Shown piece after piece: positions 40,771-53,000 of a stretch of DNA of 64,000 nucleotides. This DNA comes from Haliotis rufescens (lineage: Eukaryota): contig NW_025963890.1 in NCBI RefSeq assembly GCF_023055435.1, positions 48,174,001 to 48,238,000 on the forward strand. Direction: 5' to 3'. Numbering within the stretch: the first letter of the stretch is position 1; the number at the start of each line of letters is the position of its first letter. The notes beneath the pieces are model-generated. The model did not search any database. It saw only the letters and a program-made list of their open reading frames with translations, and had not been told where the DNA came from. Made by a program: the position numbers and the translations under genes.

Positions 40771-42545
40771 AAACTTAGGATTTACAAACGAAAAGAACAT
40801 GGGGATTTATGTTTTTAACCACATCAATAATATTAAGTATATCCTGAGTTGCATTACCAACAACAAAAATATTGTTATAATTTATGAAAGTGTCACAACT
40901 GGTTTCTAACGATAATTGTTTAAAACATTATCAGCGTTGCACATTCAGTTTGTATGTAATTACAACTCCGTGGTGTGTATTATTGCCAGCGCTAATCCGA
41001 TCACTAACAATGCTGAATTAGCAATTACACTTACGGCACTCCCAATAAGATATACATGTATTTTGTGGATTAACGCAAAAGACGCCTTGAATGTTCATTG
41101 AGCTTAACAGATAAACAGAGAAGCATATTGTTTGTTTTTCAAATTGGACCGACCTGATTGTTTGAAAACAATAGTATGAACGTAAAATATGTTCTTTTGG
41201 ATACGTCGTTCGAATGTAAATAAAAGAGTTTCTATCAATATTAAAGTTTTTGAAGGGCATTTAGAAGTGATACACATAAGGAAGAGAATTTATGGATGTC
41301 AACTTCTTTATTATGAGGAACACAACGTTTCGGAGTATATGCTTATCGACGAAGAAGTAATGTACCTCATAATAAACAAGTTGACATCCATAAATTCTCT
41401 TCCTTAATATTAAAGTGATTAAATATATGGGCATATATTATACCCGTACACTATTACTCGACAACTGTGCAGGATAAACAGGTATACTGCACAAGAGAAC
41501 ACTCAATGAAACGTATTATCTAAACCGAGTCATCCCTTTAACTGCAGGCATTAAGCAGAAGAATATGATATCTAAGAAAACGTACAACTTTATGGATAAC
41601 AAGTCCTGGTTTATTGCATATATAGCGACGTTTCGATTCTTACACCGTTATCAACTAGAGTGACAACAGCCAAGTGATGAGATGTATTAAGTCTGTCTTA
41701 CAGACCCTAATACAAATATATCCAATACAGCCCATGCAAGTCTATAATGTTTGGCAAGTCTAGATTACTGCAGTGAAAATGAAGAGAGTCTCTGGGCTCC
41801 TTTTCATTATATTTTTATTCAGATAATTTAACAACTGTTTTTTCTGTACGATATGACTGGATGTTTGTCTAGAGAGGTATATGCATGACATGTTGTGATA
41901 AGCAGCAGATTAACATTGACAACAATAGGTATTACCAAGTAGCATACATTTAATTGGATGAATCCAAATGTACAGTAAGAATAACAAATAGCACACAGGT
42001 AATGAAGCTCGCGGATAAAGAATGCCAATGAAACAGTGAATATGATATCGATAGTAGATTTCCCAGGAAACAATTTAGACATTTTAGATAAGATCATTTG
42101 AATTACCATATCCAAAGACGTATATATATATATGTATATACGTCTGTGCCATATCTAAACTTAAAGTTTAAAACTATTTCATAACTCATCCGTGATTGAT
42201 ATTTTGCCGTGTTTATTTCTCCTGGTTTATCATGATGAAACATATTTCATTATTTTAGTAGCCATACAAGTGTAATTTTCTTGTTGGTTGAAAATCGTAA
42301 GATGTACAAATTCGTGTGCAAATCCATTTCGTCTTTTAGATACAACCGCATATATCCCTTGCCACATGGTGTCGAGAGTTTAAACATATCAGTGTTTGTT
42401 TATTGTTCGTGATATTTTTAGGAATTATTTACTGAGTCTATGAACCTTGCAGAAAAGCAACGTTACTTTAATTGGGTATATTTGACCTAGTTTTATTGGT
42501 TGGTATAGTTTAAAACCTGTGTCAATACTTGCTCGAAGTACAGAG

Positions 42546-43797
42546 GGGTTATAGCGTAAACGGCACCTCAGCAAAAACGTCACAAGGCGAAAACGGCACC
42601 GATTGGCGAAAACGGCACCTTATTTTTTTTTTTACCTTGGCAAGGCCGTAGTTAACTTTTTTTGACAGTTTTTTTTGTCCCCAACTTGATTCAAATAAAA
42701 CTGTTTTCTATGAAAAATCTAGGGGGGCAACTGCCTGCCCGCCGGCTGGCTACGGCACTGCTTGGTCAAATATATGATATTAAACTTACATTGTAACTTG
42801 CAAACGCCAATTGAGACAAGTTTACATTAGAAATTAGCCTCTACTCCAACTATAATCCAACTTAGCTTATACGCAACACAACTTATTGTGAAAACATAAC
42901 ATGCTTTGAAGAAAAATAATAGAATTAAACTCACATCGTCTTTTACAAACACAAATAATTGTGAAATAAAACAAGTAAGAAATTAGCCTCCTACTCCAGA
43001 ATGTCAGAAAAAATCATCATGCTGTATCCTGTGATAACTGTGACCAGTGGACCCATCGTGTAGGTGGAACCGGACTTTCTGTGGCCCGTTATAGAGTTGA
43101 GGTATTAATACTGTTGTTATAACTGATTGGTGCAATTGTTCTCGGTAATTTACAATAAGCTGTCAAGTACATGTTGAATATTTTATTGTTACAGTAGAGT
43201 AATTGTCGAGAGGCATATCATTCTTGCTACTGACCGGCAATTACAGCACTTAGGAGTGTAGGAGTGGTCAATGGTTTATGGACGGAACGTTTAAAATTGT
43301 CAAACAGGCTGCGTGGAAAGCAATCAGTAAAGCCCTTCCAGAAGCCCGCATCCGTGGATGTCTGCTCCACCTGACTCAGGCAGGCTGTTTCTAGGTAGCC
43401 TACATGGTGGATGATGCCATCCACAAGTTTGTAAGGAAAATCATGGCACTCCCCTTTCTACCAGCAGCCGACATCACGAGGATGTTCAAATACAAAATGT
43501 TCAAATACCCACAATAAAAATAAACTATATAAAACAATAAAAATGTTTTTATTATACACGAAGAACTCTATATATGAACATATGTACTTGTCTGTGAAAA
43601 CAGGAAATACCATGTAAATACATGACATACATCAAATGACATGTAAATACATCAAGTACGATGTAAATAAACCATATATATTACTACAAAAAAATCGTTA
43701 TTAAAAATAGAGGTGCCGTTTTCGCCCCATACATAGTAGCCGTTTTCGCCAGAGAAATCGGTGACGTTTTGCTGAGGTGCCGTTTTAGCCTGCACCC
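42546..43797 (+). mobile_element. Internally deleted Mutator-like (MULE) element immediately upstream of CMPK1
   Basis: TIRs GGGTTATAGCGTAAACGGCACCTCAGCAAAAACGTCAC / GTGACGTTTTGCTGAGGTGCCGTTTTAGCCTGCACCC with repeated AAACGGCAC, flanked by CAGAG on both sides. Transposase remnants at ~43210-43490: WFMDGTFKIV, KALPEARIRGCLLHLTQA, RKIMALPFLP. A small CA..CTG element with CTTGG flanks is nested at ~42640-42760. Confidence 0.8.
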
Positions 43798-44001
43798 CAG
43801 AGGGACACCTCATCATTCCGCGATTTTATTTGTCATTTGTTTATATATTTGTCAGCACCTGATCAGAGTTGTATGTTGTATAGAGCAATAATTTTTCGAC
43901 CATTCTTTCGTTTACGCCATTTGGGGAGCGGGCTTCTCGGTGGCAAAATAATATCAAACTCGAAGTATCTGAACACGTTTAGTATTCCGCAACATTCCAT
44001 C

Positions 44002-47000
44002 ATGTCAGAAACAAAGTATGGTGTTGTATTTGTACTCGGTGGACCTGGGGCTGGAAAAGGGACGCAGTGTGAGAGAATAGATAAGGTACTGTACATGTTT
44101 CAATACTGATGGCATCATATTCAATGTTTTAAAACTTTAGTTCTAATTTATCTGCACAGATAAGCTGCAAGCCCTGTGCATTTTGGACAAGTTTTGAATC
44201 GGTCATTTTAACAACACTTGATTTTTGTCTGTTTACTCAAGTTTGATCAATTTAGAAATATATCATAAAATGATTATCCTAATTACATCACATAATGTAG
44301 ATAGCTCAATTTCTTGAAGGACACTAATTACGTTGTCCTAGATAGGAAAAGGGAATCAGACCATGTTGTCTCGTCTCAATAGATCTTGCTAGGAGACTAA
44401 TCTGAAAAAGATATTTCTTTGATACTCCTAGTATTTAAAAGTATTTTAATAAGTGTTTTAATGTTGTTGACATTGTTCTGTCCTAATGATTATTGCGAAT
44501 AATTGACAGTTTTCGACTTTTCGTGTGAAATTCTGTGTTTTTATATCCCAACATCACCTGAATACGGCGATCATATTTATTGTGTTATTGTCTGAGAGCA
44601 TGTGCTGTGTCAGAGGTAGCCGGATGTACTAAGACATGAAACGTATCCCATCATATTTCATAACTCCTAGTTATCCTGGGTGTGGCACATGTCCACGAAA
44701 AGTTATGCATAACTTGTACACAGTTTAATGAAATAATTCTATTAACATGATAATTTGGGACTATTAACTTCTAAACAGGGAATGGTAATGGGATGTCTGT
44801 GATGAGAATAGGATAGGGTGATTGTAAACTATATGTGCTAAGATATGAGATTATAGTGAGATGCGAATGGCTCCAATTAATCTGTCCACTATCCAGATTG
44901 CTGGTGCATTGATTCCTATGGGGTACGCTATCCAGATTGCTGGTACATGAATTCCAAGGGGGTACAATATCCAGATTGCTGGTACATGAATTCCAAGGTG
45001 GTAAACTATCCAGATTGCTGGTACATGAATTCCAAGGGGGTACACTATCCAGATTGCTGGTACATGAATTCCATGGGGTACGCTATCCAGATTGCTGGTA
45101 CATGAATTCCAAGGGGGTACAATATCCAGATTGCTGGTACATGAATTCAAAGGTGGTAAACTATCCAGATTGCTGGTACATGAATTCCAAGGGGTTACAC
45201 TATCCAGATTGCTGGTACACGAACTTGAGGCTACACTATCCAGATTGCTGGTACATTCAAGGGGGTACACTATCCAGATTGCTGGTACATGAGCTCCAGG
45301 GGATACACTATCCAGATTGCTGGTACATGAATTCTAAGGGGGTACACTATCCAGATTGCTGGTACATTCAAGGGGGTACACTATCCAGATTTCTGGTACA
45401 TGAGCTCCAGGGGATACACTATCCAGATTGCTGGTACATGAATTCTAAGGGGGTACACTTTCCAGATTGCTGGTACATTCAAGGGGGTACACTATCCAGA
45501 TTGCTGGTACATTCGAAAGGGGGTACACTATCCAGATTGCTGGTACATGAACTCGAGGCTACACTATCCAGATTGCTGGTACATGAATTCAAAGGGGGTA
45601 CACTATCCAGATTGCTGGTACATTGGAAAGGGGGTACACTATCCAGATTGCTGGTACATTTGAAAGGGGGTACACTATCCAGATTGCTGGTACATTCGAA
45701 AGGGGGTACACTATCCAGATTGCTGGTACATGAACTCCAGGGGGTACACTATCCAGATTGCTGGTACATTCAAGGGGGTACACTATCCAGATTGCTGGTA
45801 CATTCGAAAGGGGGTACACTATCCAGATTGCTGGTACATGAACTCGAGGCTACACTATCCAGATTGCTGGTACATGAATTCAAAGGGGGTACACTATCCA
45901 GATTGCTGGTACATTCGTAAGGGGGTACACTATCCAGATTGCTGGTACATTTGAAAGGGGGTACACTATCCAGATTGCTGGTACATTCGAAAGGGGGTAC
46001 ACTATCCAGATTGCTGGTACATTCGAAAGGGGGTACACTATCCAGATTGCTGGTACATGAACTCCAGGGGGTACACTATCCAGATTGCTGGTACATAAAC
46101 TCCAAGGGGGTACACTATCCAGATTGCGGGTACATTCCAAGGGGGTACACTATCCAGATTGCTGGTACATTCCAAAGGGGGTACAATATCCAGATTGCTG
46201 GTACATAAACTCCAAGGGGGTACACTATCCAGATTGCTGGTACATTCCAAGGGGGTACACTATCCAGATTGCTGGTACATTCGAAAGGGGGTACAATATC
46301 CAGATTGCTGGTACATAAACTCCAAGGGGGTACACTATCCAGATTGCTGGTACATTCCAAGGGGATACACTATCCAGATTGCTGGTACATTCCAAGGGGT
46401 ACACTATCCAGATTGCTGGTACATAAACTCCAAGGGGGTACACTATCCAGATTGCTGGTACATTCGAAAGGGGGTACACTATCCAGATTGCTGGTACATT
46501 CCAAGGGGATACACTATCCAGATTGCTGGTACATTCCAAGGGGGTACACTATCCAGATTGCTGGTACATGAGCTCCAAGGGATACACTATCCAGATTGCT
46601 GGTACATTCCAAGGGGGTACACTATCCAGATTGCTGCTACATTCCAAGGGAGTACACTATCCAGATTGCTGGTACATGAATTCTAAGGGGGTACACTATC
46701 CTGATTGCTGGTACATGAATTCTAAGGGGATACACTATCCAGATTGCTGGAATGTTCCAAGGGGGTACACTATCCAGATTGCTGGTACATGAACTCCAGA
46801 GGCGACACTATCCAGATTGCTGCTACATTCCAAAGGGGTACACTATCCAGATTGCTACTACATTCCAAAGGGGTACACTATCCAGATTGCTGGTACATTA
46901 GCTCCAGGGAATACACTATCCAGATTGCTGCTACATTCCAAGGGGGTACACTATCCAGATTGCTGGTACATTCCAAGGGGCTGCAGGAACTATGGGTGTA

Positions 47001-50000
47001 AGGAAGCTTCCAATTCAATATTTAAGCTGAAGGATCAGGACACACATAACATGGGCGACTTAAGTTTTCTTGTTTGCAAATGAGTTTTCAATCTTAATCT
47101 GATCTCATTAAAATCGTATCTCAGTTCTCGCTACCACTAAACAAAGATCTGAGGACATCTCATTACTGGTCCCACCAGAACAACCTTTCGCAAACTTTGA
47201 CTGACCAAGGCAATGACTAACAAGTTGACATTAGCCAATCAGAAAGCAGCTTTCTCAAGCTTTATGGCGCTAGTTTCAAACTAGTTTCCAGACTAAGCAT
47301 TGAAAGATATGGATTGGAACTTTGAAAACTGAACAAATGAAAATTCTGGAATATCAAATAGGTGGCCGGGATTGTATGGCAGTGCTATGGAACGTCTCTT
47401 CCGTTTCAAATGTTTATCCTATAGAAACAAAAAATAGAAAATTACTTTGACAGAATCTATTGTTCAGCCTGTAATTGTTGTTCAGAATACCCTGTGTTAA
47501 CCATTTTTGAGGTTTCATGATTAGGAAAGACATTCTGACTGTCATTTTCCTGATCTGGCAAGCGGCACTCTCATTAGTCAGTAGTCAGATGAAAGGTCGT
47601 TTTGACCTGACACCGTAATGGGATGTCCTCAGTTCTTTGTTTAGCGAGAACTAAGATCTGATTTTAATGAGATTGATCTTTACCATTATCTGATGTATAC
47701 ACAAATTGTTATGTATCTGATAAGATTATGTTGTCAAATTAATGTAACTAACTATGTACATGTTGTTGCTTTTAGGAATTTGGATTTCTTCATCTTTCTG
47801 CTGGTGATTTACTTCGAGAAGAACGCCAGAACAAGGATTCCAAGATTGGCAGTGAGATTGAAAAGCATATTCGCAATGGAACCATCGTGCCAGTAGAAAT
47901 CACCTGCTCCCTGCTGCACAGGGTGTGTACATGGCCATTGCCAGTCCTCCAGTAGTGCCCAGTTGTCATAGTGGGCTGCAATTCACTCTAAAGAGTGACC
48001 GCCTCTGTGGTTTAGTGGTAGAGCGTCTGCCCGGAGAGTGGAAGGTCCGGGGTTCGATCCCCCGCCGCGTCATGCCAAAGACGTTAAAAGATGGTACTTG
48101 TTGTTGCCCTGTCTGGCACTCGTCATTAAGGGGCTAAAACAAAGACTGGTCGGCTCGGAGTCAGTATACTGTGTCTGAGTGGGGTTAAACTGCGGCATGG
48201 TATCTCAGTGAGCTAGCACTATAAATCGGCATTAGTCCGGACTAGTACAAGCAGCCTCACACATACATGCACGTGCATGCACATCGCTATATAAGTGCAA
48301 TAATCTTGGACACGACGATAAACCTCATTTCACCTCACCTCACCACCTTTGGCAAAATCACGAATACAGGAAACAATAATTTGAATAAAGTTTCTTTATT
48401 GAAGAAACAGCTAGCAAATAAATCTTTTGCTTTGTATCTTGTGATATGTACAAGATTTTGGGATTACAGTAGAACATGGATATAACGAACTACAAGGGAC
48501 CAGAGAAATCAGTTTGTTATATACATTGTTTGTTATATATGTTTTCACTCGGAAATGTTTGCCATCTTGGATAAAACAAACACAATACATGTAATTGCAG
48601 CATTGCCCGCCATGATAGCATGTGCAAATGAAGTGACACTTTGAGATTATCTCATGAAATTTATGTTTGTCCAGTTACAGGTAAGATAAGCACAAACTAA
48701 GATCGCTTTGTGCAAGTGGGCCCTGATCAGCAGAATATGCTTGTGTCAAGTGTTTCACAGAGGAATTGTGACTTAATCATTTGGGGCTTGTACTGTGTCA
48801 AAAATGCTGCTCAGAGAAATTCTTCTTGTATTCTTCTTTTTCTTCTTTTAGGTTTCGTATTGGAGTAAAAGATTTGATTTTTCTGAGACTGCTGATCTTT
48901 GAACAAACATGTGAAACTACTAATTAGGTTTCGACGTAACGAGAGACTGGTTCTAGAGGGGAACACTATTTTGTCTTCCAGGCCATGGAGAAGAGTGGTA
49001 GACAAAACTTTCTGATCGATGGATTTCCTCGGAACCAGGATAACCTTGATGGATGGAACCGAGCCATGTGTGATCTGACCGAGATAAAGAGGGTGTTGTT
49101 CTTCAACTGTTCAGATGGCGTAAGTCCATGTTTACTCCTTGATGCATGTTAATTGAGAGTCACAAAATGTGTATGCATAAACACTCAGATGGCAGCATGG
49201 ACATGTGAGCTGTGGTTTCTCTATATGATTCATGATTGCATATGAGCCCTTTTTATTTTGCAGTAATATGCAGCCAATCAGTCATTGAATAATGAATATG
49301 TTGTCTCCCTTCTATTATGTGAATTATTTGTATACTTTAACCTCAGTCAGGGCTTGCATAGGAAGTATATGAGCCTCAAAGTGAATTATCAACACAACTT
49401 CCTGATATGAATAGTGTCTGCCTCCGTGGTCTAGAGTGTCTCCTCAGAGACAGAAGGTTGGTTGGTCGATCCCTGGTCACGTCATACCAAAAGACAATAA
49501 TTGATGGTACTTATTGTTACCCTGACTGGCACTTGGCATTATGGGGATTTACAAGCACTCGTCGGCTCAGTATATTGTGTCTGAGAGGGGCGTATCCATG
49601 TTAAAGCTGTTGCATGGTATCTCAGTGGACTAGCACTATAGTGCACGTCACTATATAAGTGCACTAATCTTGAACGCGATTTAATTCACTGTGGTACCTT
49701 TTTTCCAACCCCATGTGTTAAATGTTCAAAGTTTAAGTTTATTTGTTGCAGGTTTGTATTGAACGTTGTTTAAACAGAGGCAAAACTAGCGGCAGATCAG
49801 ATGACAATGAGGAAAGTTTAAAGAAAAGGTAAATAAATTGTAATTGTAAGAACACATTCTTTGACATACTTTAGACAAATGCTAAAACGCTTTGAAACTG
49901 CAGTTGTCTCTGGGAACATGATGAAGTATTCATCAACTAATTCTAAATTATGAATTCATTTAAGGATTGACTGTGTATTTTGTTTTGTTCATTGAGGTAT

Positions 50001-53000
50001 GAATTGAAAAACCAAAGTGCAAACTGTATGAATCCGCATAGCGGATTCATACAAAAGTTTGCACATCGGTTTTTCGATTCATACCTCAATGAACAAAAAT
50101 AAATACACAGTCAATGCTTATAATTAAATTCGACAACGTAAAACAGGTTTTATCTACAATAGTTTAACCAAAAACAGTTGTATATATCAAAACAGACAAA
50201 AATGAAGAGATTAATAAACATTCCAGGTGTAGGAATACATACTGTGGCGTGACATGAAACAGGTGATCGTTTTATTTATGTACAAAACTTGACACGCCTA
50301 CACAGTCAGTAGCCAATCAACAGAGAGTCAGATTGTAACGAAAACCGGAAGAAATATGACTTCGAGAAGGCAGCTGTTTCTAATGACATGGTCAGTTACC
50401 GCCAGATTCAAACTCGAAATTCAAAATCAGGAAAACACAGTTGGAAAAATGCTAGTTAGAAATGAAACCTGAAGACATGAAAGTTGTGGAACCGAGGCAA
50501 GCGGGGGAAAAAAAATAGGCGAGCGGGGGGTGGGGGAAAGGCGAGCTAGCCTGTATGTTTGCTGTTTCATTCCTTCTCGGCCTTCGGTTTCAAAGGGTAG
50601 TTTGGACAATGAATATGCATGAATGTCGCTAAATGTCATGTGCATGACGATACAGAAAGTGAGCAGAAAGGGAATTCCCTTGACTGTAATATTGGAATTC
50701 CCCAAAATTCCGCAGCAATAAAAGTAGTGTGCCTCGGTGGGCGTGGCTTAAATTTTTACATTCATTGGGAAATAAATGCAGTAACACATGACAAATTCAG
50801 CTAATCAGAATGCAGGAATTTCAATGAACACAACGAAAATTTTTTTTTTTTTTTTTTTTATTTTATTGTTTTTAGAAAGACACACCTGTTACATAAATGG
50901 GCTTCCGCCCAGGGTAGCAGAAAGCCCATGACATAAAGCACAACTTATCAGTACATCTTACTTTGTTGTTTTTTTTTATACAGAAAATAACATACTTCTC
51001 ACTCACACATTCACTCTTGTTTATATATCATATTGCAGTTTAGGAAAGTACATGGTCTCAAACATTAAAATCTTAAGTACAAAACTAAAATTAAATTGAA
51101 AGCTGCTCCTCATTTTCGAAAAGTTGATGATACAGCATCCAAGCACCATAGAATTTCTGTTGATTACCTGTCTTGAAAGCAATATCTTTTTCAATGTTGT
51201 ATCGTGAAAAAGCTTCCTTTTTATAAACATGAAAATAAGGTTTTGTATTTTGGAATTTGCATCTATAAATATAGTATTTTGCAATTAGTAAAAGTAAATC
51301 AAACACTTTATCTGTTTTTATGTTCTCTTTAACTCCAAAAAGTATCAATTCTGCACAAAATGTCATATTATAAACATGAAAGCACTGGTCGATCCACAAT
51401 GACACTTCATCCCAAAATTGTTTTATTACATCACATTCCCAAAACAAGTGAGTAATTGTTTCCTTTTCATTGTGACAGAAGGAGCACAAATCATTCTGAG
51501 CATAATTGAGTAAATACAGAAAAGTATTAGTGGTGAGAATTCTGTGGGTAATTTTGTATTGAAACCATCGCAGTTTGACATCCTGACACAACGAAAATTT
51601 AATTATTGATTATTATTAAATCAGTTAAAGAGAAAAGTAAAAAATTATGTTGTTGAATGTTATACTTTTATAAACATAACAGTGTGTTTGTGGTTATATT
51701 AAATAAAGAATGATCAAAAGTGAATAATTTTGCTTTTCTGTGAGCTGTAACATGTGATGAATTTAAAATATTCTAATAAACCAACCTTATGTTTATAGTC
51801 CCGACAAGTTTGATATGTTCAGGCTTAACTGTATTTCTTTCAAACATTGCTTAGATATATTATACATTTATTTATTTCATTCAACTGATAGCGTTAATCT
51901 TGAAGTTTTCACATGTTTTGATATCCTTATTTATATGTACTCCAGGATTATCACATACAGAGACTCAACACTGCCTGTGATTGAACATTACCGCAATCTG
52001 AATCTTGTGTCAGAAATACAAGCCGACAAGACGCTGGATGATGTAAGTAATGTGGTGACCCGGTAGCGGACTTCCTTCAGGGAGTGGAGGCAATNNNNNN
52101 NNNNNNNNNNNNNNNNNNNNNNNNNNNNNNNNNNNNNNNNNNNNNNNNNNNNNNNNNNNNNNNNNNNNNNNNNNNNNNNNNNNNNNNNNNNNNNNNNNNN
52201 NNNNNNNNNNNNNNNNNNNNNNNNNNNNNNNNNNNNNNNNNNNNNNNNNNNNNNNNNNNNNNNNNNNNNNNNNATTGTGTTGGTTCTTTGTGTGTGTGTT
52301 GTTTGTTTGTCTGTGTGTTGTTTGTCTGTGTTTTTTATCTGCATGTGTGTTTCTATGGATGAGGCAGTCAAACTCTGCTGGCATTTAGACTTGCTCATGC
52401 TGTCAACCACTGATTTGACTGGTCTAGGCTAGGTTATTTACAGTCCAGTGATATATATCTGGAACAGTCTGGACCCTGGTGTTAAAAAACATTCACTTGC
52501 CAAATCATAAGCTGCCTCAATGGGATGTGCTAAGTGGACAACATGTTGCAGGACCTGTCAGAAGCACCGTGAAGATCCGGGGTAGAAAAGGTCTTCAGCA
52601 ACCAATGCTTGCCATAAAAGGCAACTATGCTTGTCTTAAGAGGCGACTAACGGGATCCGGTGGTCAGTCTCGCTGACTTGGTTGATGCATGTCATCGATC
52701 CCAATTGCGTGGATCGATGCTCATGATATCAATCACTGGATTGTCAGGTCCAGACTTGATGATTTACAGACCACTGTCATATAGCTGGTATATTGCTGAG
52801 TGTGGCATTAAACTTCAAACAAACAAATATATTATTCAACTCGTGGTACTGATAGTCAAAAATGTAACTCTATTTAAACAAACTCTCGACATATTATGAC
52901 AGTCAGTTTTGTGTATCAAAAGTCAAAAGTGGAGTAGTATCTTTTAGTGGTGTAACGATACATCGAACTTTCGATTGATTGCGATTGCTTGTCTCACGAT

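Noticed and set aside
44887-46980. CRISPR-like appearance (constant repeat plus variable spacer) and the many overlapping ORFs such as 44937..45920
   Set aside because: Linkers are only ~10-16 bp, related to each other and reused. There are no cas genes and the context is a eukaryotic intron. The ORFs are by-products of a stop-poor repeat.
51988-52410. ORFs spanning N-runs (also 61789..62118)
   Set aside because: Artefacts of assembly gaps and simple repeats.
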